In this document: in pieces, positions 26,206-33,170 of the stretch
How the letters are laid out: each line of letters starts with the position of its first letter
Position numbering within the stretch: the first letter of the stretch is position 1
Source: a virus
Taxonomy: Duplodnaviria > Heunggongvirae > Uroviricota > Caudoviricetes
Reading direction: 5' to 3' (one strand)
Length of the DNA: 33,170 bases
Virus record (IMG/VR): IMGVR_UViG_2541047926_000010
Position numbers and translations under genes: made by a program
Notes under the pieces: generated by a model
What the model saw: the letters and a program-made list of their open reading frames with translations, nothing else
Told to the model about the DNA's origin: nothing
Databases searched by the model: none

Positions 26206-26572
26206 AACTCACCTCCGTTAATGGGTGACGCTTACGGTGGATCGCAATCGACACGCTTTCCCAGTCCTGGTAAAGGAACAGCAGCCCTAGCTCACAGGCG
26301 CGATCAAACTCCCTGGTAGCGCCGGTGCTCTTTTCCCACCCGTTCAGCAGGAATACCGCATCAGCCTGCTCAAGCATGGACAATGTAATTTGCAGGTACT
26401 GCTCATGCTGCAGGCCGTCTGGAAGAATGGCCGGGTTGAGAACGGTGAAGCCGCGCTCTTCCAGGATGCGAGCCTCAGCGTTGAATTCATCGCGGTTAAA
26501 GTTGTGATACCCGGTCATTGGACCGGCAATGAAAACCACTGGCTTACGCTCAGAATGTTTATTTATATTCAT
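26198..26572 (-). CDS. Nucleoside 2-deoxyribosyltransferase-like protein (DUF4406-like)
   Basis: ATG 26572 (track ORF begins at GTG 26638); N-terminal VVFIAGPMTGYHNFN and later VFLLNGWEKSTGATREFDRACELG fit my recollection of the DUF4406 pattern; not verified. Confidence 0.6.
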   Translation of the reverse strand: MNINKHSERKPVVFIAGPMTGYHNFNRDEFNAEARILEERGFTVLNPAILPDGLQHEQYLQITLSMLEQADAVFLLNGWEKSTGATREFDRACELGLLFLYQDWESVSIAIHRKRHPLTEVSYA

Positions 26573-26742
26573 CAGAGAAACCTCACATGATTTTTCCAGC
26601 GGTTCTGTGCAGCGCTGCGTTTCTTCTTGTCGCACCACTCGTTGCCAGGCCGGGGTATCGTTGATGGCCAGCCTGTCATCGCTTTACGGTTACTGAATTT
26701 GAAAGGCATGCGCAGCAGTCTTCTTACTTTGCGGTTTGTCAT
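26572..26742 (-). CDS. Unlisted small basic ORF (56 aa), translationally coupled at both ends
   Basis: Manual translation MTNRKVRRLLRMPFKFSNRKAMTGWPSTIPRPGNEWCDKKKRSAAQNRWKNHVRFL; ATG 26742 overlaps upstream stop (ATGA) and its TGA overlaps the DUF4406 ATG (TGATG); below the ORF-track length cut-off. Confidence 0.4.
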   Translation of the reverse strand: MTNRKVRRLLRMPFKFSNRKAMTGWPSTIPRPGNEWCDKKKRSAAQNRWKNHVRFL

Positions 26743-26999
26743 TTGGCATCCGCCTCAGAGCGAAACATCATGATTGTCAGAGCGCCCTTTGTGGCAAGAC
26801 GAACGGTTGTTCCGGGCTCAATGCTCTGCAGATCGAAAGCGTCGTACAACTCATCAACAGCCTTCTGGCGACGTGATGCCTTGCGGTGTTTATCCCACGA
26901 TTTCAGGACAACAGATGTAAACCACTTACCGGCCTGGACCATGATGAATAGCCAACCCATGAAGGCGAGTCCGGTATTCAAAATTTCGGTGATGGTCAT
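26739..26999 (-). CDS. Small protein with N-terminal membrane anchor (about 86 aa)
   Basis: ATG 26999 preferred over upstream in-frame starts; hydrophobic GLAFMGWLFIMVQAGKWF. Confidence 0.45.
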   Translation of the reverse strand: MTITEILNTGLAFMGWLFIMVQAGKWFTSVVLKSWDKHRKASRRQKAVDELYDAFDLQSIEPGTTVRLATKGALTIMMFRSEADAK

Positions 27000-27003
27000 T
27001 TCT

Positions 27004-27249
27004 CTATTCATCTCCCTGGTCGAACAAGATTCGCGAGTAACCCGCATTGGTAGATACTTCCAGCCATCCATCACACCGTTCACCGGTTCTGAGATTTATC
27101 ACCCGAGAATGCTGGTATTGAGAGCCTCGGATGTCTTCCAGTTCATCATCGCTGAAAAACATCGGCTCTCCGCAGTGAGGGCAGTAGCATCCGTAATCAC
27201 CATCAGCGCGCCCAATTTTGTTAACTATGAGAATTTCGTTGGTAGCCAT
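27004..27249 (-). CDS. Small Cys-rich (zinc-ribbon-like) early protein, 81 aa
   Basis: ATG 27249 with AAGGAG 7 nt upstream; C-Y-C-P-H-C and a further Cys. Confidence 0.5.
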   Translation of the reverse strand: MATNEILIVNKIGRADGDYGCYCPHCGEPMFFSDDELEDIRGSQYQHSRVINLRTGERCDGWLEVSTNAGYSRILFDQGDE

Positions 27250-27250
27250 A

Positions 27251-27598
27251 TCACTCTCCTTTACCGGCAGCGGCAGCGCGTTCTGCGTCATACAGCCATG
27301 CATCAATCGGATTCAATGAGTTTTCGATTGGTGCCCCTCCTGATTGATACATCAGCTGCTTTGCACGTAAAAACAGCTCGTTCACAGCTTCCAGCTCATC
27401 CAGCTGCGCCAGCACATTAGGGTCACTAACATCAACAACCGTTAGCGCGTTGGCACGAGCAAACTGGACATCAAGCGCTGTTGCCAGATTGCGAACCAGC
27501 GCGGCACACTCAGCGCAATGTAGTTCTTTCGCCAGCGCATGCCCGGCTGCTACGAGTTCTTTGACTGGCGTAGTTTCCAGTTGAGGCGAGATTTTCAT
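27251..27598 (-). CDS. Hypothetical early protein (115 aa)
   Basis: ATG 27598 overlaps upstream stop (ATGA); Ala-rich helical character. Confidence 0.5.
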   Translation of the reverse strand: MKISPQLETTPVKELVAAGHALAKELHCAECAALVRNLATALDVQFARANALTVVDVSDPNVLAQLDELEAVNELFLRAKQLMYQSGGAPIENSLNPIDAWLYDAERAAAAGKGE

Positions 27599-28314
27599 TT
27601 TGTCACTCCAATCTGTTCGCATTTATTAGCTGAACTGCTTACCGCGTGATGCAGCTGCGCATTGCGGCCAGCCAGATATCCCTCGTTTTCCGCCTTATCC
27701 GTTCCCCTGGCTTTGCCGGGTTTGCGCGGTTCCAGCTTTTTCATGCCTTCGCTTAATTTCCTGCTGCGGTAACACTCCATCAGCGTTGTCTCCGCCTCCG
27801 TAACAGCGAAATCACTGACAACGGCATAAGCACCGTTGACCCAGGCGGAACAGAAGGTATCGGCGCGGGCAACTTTTGTGGCCTGTTTGATGTTCTTGCG
27901 TAATGTGGAGAGGTAATCACGGCGGGCTTTCGCCAGTTGCTTACCCAGAACTTCGAATGAATATGCCGCTATCTGAGGGCGTTCGTCGGGGCCGTAATAG
28001 TGTATGGTGCGTTTTGCTGGCTTGCCCCACTGCTCAGCGCCATGGCTGGTGTAAAACTTCACGCCAAAAACGCGCGCGACCATCTCTGCCAGTATTGCCA
28101 TATATTCCGGCATCTTCTCAGCATGAGAGGGGGCCTTCTGGGTAGAAGCTTCATTGATATCCATCAAATCAGCATCAGCCTCAGTCAGTTTGTGGGTTTC
28201 CATCAGGCGCTGAGCGCGGCTAAGGGCAAGTGCGGCTTCTTCGGCGCTGGAGTTATTACGCGCCATCGCGAGCAGCTTTTTAATTCTCTGGATATATTTC
28301 TCTTTATTTTCCAT
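27595..28314 (-). CDS. Early protein with DUF2786-like N-terminal domain
   Basis: 239 aa; AAGGAG 8 nt upstream of ATG 28314; N-terminal YIQRIKKLLAMARNNSSAEEAALALSRAQRLM resembles DUF2786 as I recall it. Confidence 0.55.
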   Translation of the reverse strand: MENKEKYIQRIKKLLAMARNNSSAEEAALALSRAQRLMETHKLTEADADLMDINEASTQKAPSHAEKMPEYMAILAEMVARVFGVKFYTSHGAEQWGKPAKRTIHYYGPDERPQIAAYSFEVLGKQLAKARRDYLSTLRKNIKQATKVARADTFCSAWVNGAYAVVSDFAVTEAETTLMECYRSRKLSEGMKKLEPRKPGKARGTDKAENEGYLAGRNAQLHHAVSSSANKCEQIGVTK

Positions 28315-28394
28315 TACAGAACTCCTTAATTCAGGCGTAAGCCACCCCCGGCAGGTTTACGCCATATTTAAAACAGGTTTAATTAAAAGTTATT

Positions 28395-28586
28395 TCAGCC
28401 AGCAGGTATCAGCGATTTAATATTGGCGAAATAAGGTTCCTGATTTATTTCAACTACCGATACATCGCGGCAGTCGCGAGCCAGATCAACGGTGCTGACG
28501 ACCTTACCACCACGTAAAACCGGATTCGGCTGATAAATAAAGACGCTACCAACCGGATATTTTTGGTTGAACTCTTTAGCTTTCAT
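28395..28586 (-). CDS. Hypothetical small early protein (63 aa)
   Basis: ATG 28586 (MKAKEF) with G-rich ribosome-binding site; track ORF extends upstream to 28673. Confidence 0.4.
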   Translation of the reverse strand: MKAKEFNQKYPVGSVFIYQPNPVLRGGKVVSTVDLARDCRDVSVVEINQEPYFANIKSLIPAG

Positions 28587-28800
28587 CCGAAATCCCCCAG
28601 CCGCGAGTAGCCGCGTTCGCGCAGAACTCCAGTCGACGAGTGGCCCAGAATCGACCGGAAGTGCCACGAGCAAACATCAACGCTTTACCCCATAATTCAG
28701 CAGCCCTGGAATATTCGCCATTACGTTCGGCACGAATCGCGCCGGTGGCATAGCATCCGTAGTTGTTGCGAGCTGAATTTTCTTTAATCTTTCCAGACAT
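28576..28800 (-). CDS. Hypothetical small helical early protein (74 aa)
   Basis: ATG 28800 (MSGKIKEN) directly after the upstream stop; track ORF extends upstream to 29025 across the preceding gene. Confidence 0.4.
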   Translation of the reverse strand: MSGKIKENSARNNYGCYATGAIRAERNGEYSRAAELWGKALMFARGTSGRFWATRRLEFCANAATRGWGISDES

Positions 28801-28801
28801 A

Positions 28802-29452
28802 TCACACCCCTGCACCTGCAATATCGAGGGCAATCGGACGATATTCATCCGAATCACCAACACGCTCATACACGCGGATATAAGAACGGCTACCGACGAC
28901 CTGCACAGCCTCACCGATGGCCTGCATGGCTTGCTGCCAGCGATCATCATCAATTTCCAGACGACGAAGTGCCAGAACACGCCCGGTATTGATATTGCCT
29001 TCTTTGTCAGTATCAAACGCCTCATTGACCAGCGCCTTCAGCTCAGGACGGGCACCTTCTGTCCAGTCAGCGAGGCAGGTATCAATAAGCGCCTTTGCAG
29101 TCTGAATCCGCTCGTCCAGGGCGATTCGGTCCTGCATGGCTCGCTGGATTTTGAAACGGCCATCAAAGCTGTAGAGCGTGACATTACCTTTTTTACCGCC
29201 TTTGATGGCCCCGTATTTCTCCGCTGAAAGGTCGATAAATGCCTGAATATCAGCAAAGGCGCGTGATTTCAGCTCACTCAGGGCAGAGGAAACGATAATC
29301 GCCTGCGTAACGAGTTCGCCAACGAGCTGGTCGCGGTCGCGGTCGATTTCTTTAATCAGACTGACAGGCGTCAGAACGCCGCGAGCATCAGTCCAGTATC
29401 CCTCTGGTGCCTGGGTGGTAGTGTATTGTTTGATGGTGTTTTCAGTGGACAT
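28802..29452 (-). CDS. DUF3164-like early protein (not recognisable as Mu Gam)
   Basis: ATG 29452 with GGGGA upstream; about 216 aa; sequence character recalled as DUF3164, common in Mu-like early regions. Confidence 0.5.
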   Translation of the reverse strand: MSTENTIKQYTTTQAPEGYWTDARGVLTPVSLIKEIDRDRDQLVGELVTQAIIVSSALSELKSRAFADIQAFIDLSAEKYGAIKGGKKGNVTLYSFDGRFKIQRAMQDRIALDERIQTAKALIDTCLADWTEGARPELKALVNEAFDTDKEGNINTGRVLALRRLEIDDDRWQQAMQAIGEAVQVVGSRSYIRVYERVGDSDEYRPIALDIAGAGV

Positions 29453-29633
29453 TGGACTTCCCCTTTTTCTGAATTGCATGACGGATTTTTTCGTTAACAT
29501 GGCCAGCCAGGCCATATCCCACAGTGGCTGCGACTTTCTGAGTCAGTTCACTGTCTTTGTCATCCGGAACAACCTGGCACTCCACACGGATACCGCGCGG
29601 TGCATCGGTTATGCTGATTACGACTTTTGCCAC
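29442..29633 (-). CDS. Hypothetical small early protein (63 aa), GTG start
   Basis: GTG 29633 with AAGGAG 8 nt upstream; no in-frame ATG near the start. Confidence 0.45.
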   Translation of the reverse strand: MAKVVISITDAPRGIRVECQVVPDDKDSELTQKVAATVGYGLAGHVNEKIRHAIQKKGKSNVH

Positions 29634-29645
29634 TTATTTTCTCCT

Positions 29646-29924
29646 TCAATGAATAGATTCTGACCATACGACACGACAGCCGTCCTGGATGAAAAGGCCC
29701 TGGCGGTATTTACCCGATTTCCCCTGGCCATATTCGATGTAGCTGGCTTTACCGCTGCTGAGCAGGTAATCACACATGGCATGGCGCTGAATACGAATGA
29801 CCGGCTGACCTTCCCGAACCACGATACCTTTCACTTCCACGCCACGGGCCTGGAGGGAAACGACGACAGCTTCGGTACGATACAGCGCTGAAACCAGCGA
29901 GTTATCTGATGTTAAAGTCAGCAT
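29646..29924 (-). CDS. Hypothetical early protein directly downstream of B (92 aa)
   Basis: ATG 29924 with AAGGAGG upstream; at the position where Mu carries kil-region genes. Confidence 0.5.
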   Translation of the reverse strand: MLTLTSDNSLVSALYRTEAVVVSLQARGVEVKGIVVREGQPVIRIQRHAMCDYLLSSGKASYIEYGQGKSGKYRQGLFIQDGCRVVWSESIH

Positions 29925-29944
29925 AAAACCTCCTTAAATCCGGA

Positions 29945-30838
29945 TTAATGGATCAGCATTTCAGCTATCTGGTTGACGATATGACCGCTGACCGGAACAT
30001 CATTCATCGCGCTGGTGCGGACCGCACCGCGCAGCAGCTTGAACAATCGGCGGGCGTTACCTTTTGACGCATTGAACAGCGCTTTGCTCAGGTCTTCATT
30101 CAGGCCATCCGGGAGAACGCTGCTGGCGATGACGTCAATATCAGCACCCGGCAGGCTATGCCCGAGGTTGAGGGCGAAACCGACACGGCTATAGAGCTGT
30201 ACGAGCTCACCGCGTTTGCCCTTGAGGTTCAGAATCAGGCGAGGCATACCAACCAGGACGATGCCGATCCCCGTTTTGTCATGGATGCGGCGGATAGATT
30301 CCAGCGCACGCAGAGGGAGGTTCTCGGCTTCATCAATAATCAGCACGCGTCCGGAGTCGCGCAGCTTGTTGATGCAGGCCTCGCTGAGTTCGTGCATATT
30401 GCCGCGCGTACTGAGCCCCAGCAGGTTACAGAGCTCTTCCAGGACTACCCGTGCGGTGTAGCCAGGGTCTGCCTCAATCAGCAACGCATCCCGGTATTTG
30501 GAGACGTAGGCTTTGCAAATCATCGTCTTGCCCAGACCGGCTTCGCCGTAGAGCACGTTGATATCACCTTCGACGTGTGCCATGCGTATAACATCAACGG
30601 CTTTGCGCGTTGTTGGGGTATCAACAAATTTGACGCTGATACGTGCCGAACGTTCTTTTTCATGCTGACGATCGATAAAGCTACGAATATCGTTTTCCAG
30701 CGATACAATATCGCCGTCGTATTTATTATTCAGATACTGGCTGATTACGGCCGAGCTCTTACCAATGGCGCGGGCGACCTGTGTCTGGTTAAGACCTTTT
30801 GCTTTCATCAGTTCGACAAGTTCATTTTTAGCTGACAT
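29945..30838 (-). CDS. B: Transposition ATPase / target DNA activator, MuB-like
   Basis: 297 aa; N-terminal helix-turn-helix-like segment (LNQTQVARAIGKSSAVISQYLN), Walker A GEAGLGKT, Walker B-like LIIDEAE; directly downstream of the transposase. Confidence 0.9.
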   Translation of the reverse strand: MSAKNELVELMKAKGLNQTQVARAIGKSSAVISQYLNNKYDGDIVSLENDIRSFIDRQHEKERSARISVKFVDTPTTRKAVDVIRMAHVEGDINVLYGEAGLGKTMICKAYVSKYRDALLIEADPGYTARVVLEELCNLLGLSTRGNMHELSEACINKLRDSGRVLIIDEAENLPLRALESIRRIHDKTGIGIVLVGMPRLILNLKGKRGELVQLYSRVGFALNLGHSLPGADIDVIASSVLPDGLNEDLSKALFNASKGNARRLFKLLRGAVRTSAMNDVPVSGHIVNQIAEMLIH

Positions 30839-30883
30839 AATTACTTCCTCTGTTTTAGTAAATCAGCGGCCTGTGATGTCCAG

Positions 30884-32941
30884 TCAGAAGGTCGCTTTTT
30901 TATTGCCCTGACTTTTCAGCCATTCTTCACGCTCTGATTCGAACAGGAACACATGTTCCCGAGCATCATTAATACGCTCTGCGTCCGATGGTATTAATGC
31001 GCCGAAATCAGGGTACATATCGCTTTCAGGAAGCAGGCCTCTTGCCTCTGCTTCAATCTCTTCCCGTTGTTCGTCGATGCGCTTCAGACGACGCTGGCGA
31101 CGTTTCTCAACGGCGATATCCATCATGCTGGTTGGCAGCGCGGCACGCTTATTGCCGTTCCAGATGGCGGTGCAGACATAAGTACCGTCCATGCGACGAA
31201 CGATGACGGCAGCAGGGTCGTGAATGTCATAGGCGACCCGGACTTCCTCACCGTCGACCTGTATCAGGTCAGCGCTGAAATACTGGTTATTCATCAGGTC
31301 AATCCAGCCCCGCTGGGCGGTGCGGCACATTTCCGGCATGAAGGCTTCACGAAGCTCGATATCCGTCAGATATTCAATATCGTCACCCTCAGTGGCCAGA
31401 ACCTCGCGGCGGTACTGTGCTGGCGTCATATGCACACCATTACGTTTTGGTAGCTCGCTGTGCTCATGCAGGTTGTTGTATTTGTCGACTTCCTCAGCAA
31501 TGGTATCCAGCAGCATCTGCCACGACGGCAATTTACGCAGCGCGTTACGCTGTACGCTCGTGAGTTCGCGCCCATTCTCCTGAGCCTTAATCGCTGACTG
31601 GATAGCGCGACCGGTCATCCGCACATGCTCACGGTCGGCCCCGAATCCATTGTAAGTATCAAATTTATTGGCAATCGCTCTCGGTATTACGGCGTTCAGT
31701 CGTTCGATAATCCCGCGTGACTGCGGTCGACCCGGAATACTGGTCGGGTGATCAATACCCATGCGAGTGAAAATACCGGTGATATCAGCATCCAGCGTTT
31801 TATTGGTTTCACCGCCACCGTTATCCGAATAGACAAAAAGAGGTTTTCCGTGGAATTTCATGGCGTAGCGATAGGCATCCGCTACGGCGATGACGTTCTC
31901 TGAGAGCGCCAGGCTCCAGCCCACCAGGTAGCGGGTGCGGCCATCGATAACCAGCGTCAGTTCAGGTGTGAATGGACGACCATGGACCGGATGAGCAACT
32001 TTCATATCCAGCGATTTACCATCCGCAATCCAGCAACCATTTACTGGCATTTGTGACCAGTCACGCTTCTGATAAACCTCATAAGCCAGAGCCGCTGAAC
32101 CGCTGATACGGCCGCGAGCGCGTTCACGTTTTGGTAGCTTTTCCATCGCCCGACGCACGGCATCATAAGACGGACAGACGGCGAGCATCGCTGGCTGTCC
32201 CGCATAAATAGCCTGCCATTCAGTCTTGAATGAGCGCCACGCATCCACCAGAGAAGGGCCTGAGAGTTTCCGCCAGTGGGCGAGAAAATCAGGGAGCCAC
32301 TTAATCTGCTCAGGCTTACGCGCTTTAAGATGGCCTGGTGCCAGCAAAGCCAGGCGTTCGATACCTGGACGTGTAGAAAGGTAAACAGACAGCCATTCCT
32401 GAAGTGTTCTTTCGCCCACGCCACGACGGCTGGAACCTTTACGCGCATTGGCAATATCAGCCGCAGCCTGGATGTTTTCCGGCAACGTGCCCTTGCGTGA
32501 CTCTTTGGCGATGAACTCAACCGCCGATGCGCGTGACATACCGATATCCCGAAGACGCTCAACCTCTGCGGCTAATAATGCGCGGGCGTCGGCGATCTGT
32601 TTCTGGCGTTCGGTAAGGTCAGAGACCTCACGCTCCAGCAATACCGGGCACTGCCGCAATAACGTCAGTTCGTCGCGGGTCGTGGTGACTTCCCGCTTTG
32701 GTGCAGTCGGCGCTGATGAACAATCAGACTGTTTCAGCACCTCGCGATAATGCCGGGCTTTGACTATTTCACGCGCCTGTTCAGGCAGGCAGTCGATGTG
32801 GTACTCGAATGCTTTGCTGCCAGCACGTTTGCGAACCAGTTCAGGGGAGTTGCCTGCACTTTTTTTAAGGCTGTATCGCAGTCCTTGTTGTGTTGTTGGC
32901 AGTCCAGGGACGCCAACTAATTCGTTAACAGTCACGAACAT
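30884..32941 (-). CDS. A: DDE transposase, MuA-like
   Basis: 685 aa; size, position between ner and B, Mu transposase-like domain organisation. Confidence 0.9.
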   Translation of the reverse strand: MFVTVNELVGVPGLPTTQQGLRYSLKKSAGNSPELVRKRAGSKAFEYHIDCLPEQAREIVKARHYREVLKQSDCSSAPTAPKREVTTTRDELTLLRQCPVLLEREVSDLTERQKQIADARALLAAEVERLRDIGMSRASAVEFIAKESRKGTLPENIQAAADIANARKGSSRRGVGERTLQEWLSVYLSTRPGIERLALLAPGHLKARKPEQIKWLPDFLAHWRKLSGPSLVDAWRSFKTEWQAIYAGQPAMLAVCPSYDAVRRAMEKLPKRERARGRISGSAALAYEVYQKRDWSQMPVNGCWIADGKSLDMKVAHPVHGRPFTPELTLVIDGRTRYLVGWSLALSENVIAVADAYRYAMKFHGKPLFVYSDNGGGETNKTLDADITGIFTRMGIDHPTSIPGRPQSRGIIERLNAVIPRAIANKFDTYNGFGADREHVRMTGRAIQSAIKAQENGRELTSVQRNALRKLPSWQMLLDTIAEEVDKYNNLHEHSELPKRNGVHMTPAQYRREVLATEGDDIEYLTDIELREAFMPEMCRTAQRGWIDLMNNQYFSADLIQVDGEEVRVAYDIHDPAAVIVRRMDGTYVCTAIWNGNKRAALPTSMMDIAVEKRRQRRLKRIDEQREEIEAEARGLLPESDMYPDFGALIPSDAERINDAREHVFLFESEREEWLKSQGNKKATF

Positions 32942-32942
32942 G

Positions 32943-33170
32943 TTACAGGTCCTTGTTGTAACGGCTTGGCCAGATACTGGCGGGTTCTAAATTGAGAGCA
33001 TTTGCAATAATGCGCTCTCCTTTTGGATAAGAGCGTGCCAGCGCATTTTTCAGCGTGTCGGGTTTTAGTCCCGCGCTGGCGGAAAGGCCGCGCATAGTGA
33101 CGCCACGCTTGTGCAGCTCGGCGACAATATCAATGCGATGCCAGTCACGCTGTACTTCATTTATTTCCAT
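32943..33170 (-). CDS. ner: Ner-like DNA-binding early regulator; ATG falls on the last three bases of the window
   Basis: 75 aa; close resemblance to Mu Ner, including the C-terminal IIANAL..P..IWPSRY segment; directly upstream of the transposase. Confidence 0.8.
   Translation of the reverse strand: MEINEVQRDWHRIDIVAELHKRGVTMRGLSASAGLKPDTLKNALARSYPKGERIIANALNLEPASIWPSRYNKDL

Larger units (their letters stand above)
1..33170 (-). mobile_element. Interior of a Mu-like transposable prophage; early region at high coordinates, structural genes toward low coordinates; both prophage ends outside the window
   Basis: Colinear minus-strand order ner, DDE transposase A, AAA+ protein B, small early genes, gemA, Mor/C activator, lysis, terminase, portal, Mu F, Mu G, protease/scaffold, major head, sheath, tube, tape measure, DNA circulation N, baseplate, tail fibre, invertible fibre cassette, read from the ORF translations. 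Confidence 0.9.

Noticed and set aside
29441-29456. Possible fourth copy of the late-promoter 18-mer (plus GGTGTTTTCAGTGG)
   Set aside because: Shares only the GGTG and TTCAGTGG ends with a shorter centre, and lies inside a coding overlap; most likely coincidence.
28802-29515. Calling the 28802..29515 ORF the Mu Gam (Ku-like nuclease inhibitor) homologue
   Set aside because: No resemblance to Mu Gam as I recall it; it looks like the DUF3164 family instead. Needs a search to settle.
1-33170. rRNA, tRNA, CRISPR arrays and prophage attachment sites or transposon ends
   Set aside because: None seen; the window is continuous protein-coding phage DNA, and the Mu-type ends and repressor region should lie beyond both window edges.

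Overview
The whole window lies inside a Mu-like transposable prophage (contractile-tailed), transcribed almost entirely on the minus strand; neither prophage end is in the window. All calls come from manual reading of the sequence and the supplied ORF track; no database search or computation was run, so family names are recalled from memory. Reading from high to low coordinates: ner, DDE transposase A and transposition ATPase B (29.9-33.2 kb); about 4.3 kb of small, tightly overlapping accessory early genes (25.6-29.9 kb); gemA and a Mor/C-family activator; a visibly AT-rich secreted-protein moron; a lysis cassette (GH19 endolysin, holin-like protein, i-spanin with embedded o-spanin); terminase, portal, Mu F and G homologues, protease/scaffold and major head protein; sheath, tube, tail chaperone, tape measure, DNA circulation protein and baseplate; then the tail fibre and, at the low end, an invertible tail-fibre cassette holding the only plus-strand genes. 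Strongest observations: (1) an 18-bp element repeated upstream of the endolysin, protease/scaffold and a baseplate gene, each copy 23 bp from a -10-like hexamer, which looks like a set of activator-dependent late promoters; (2) the central G-I intergenic gap, the position where phage Mu carries its strong gyrase site; (3) a dnaX-type A_AAA_AAG slippery site in the tail chaperone whose -1 frame stays open to just before the tape-measure start; (4) the accessory early operon, including a nucleoside 2-deoxyribosyltransferase-like (DUF4406-like) protein and an unlisted 56-aa basic ORF, as the best place for undescribed host-takeover or anti-defence functions. No rRNA, tRNA or CRISPR array was seen.
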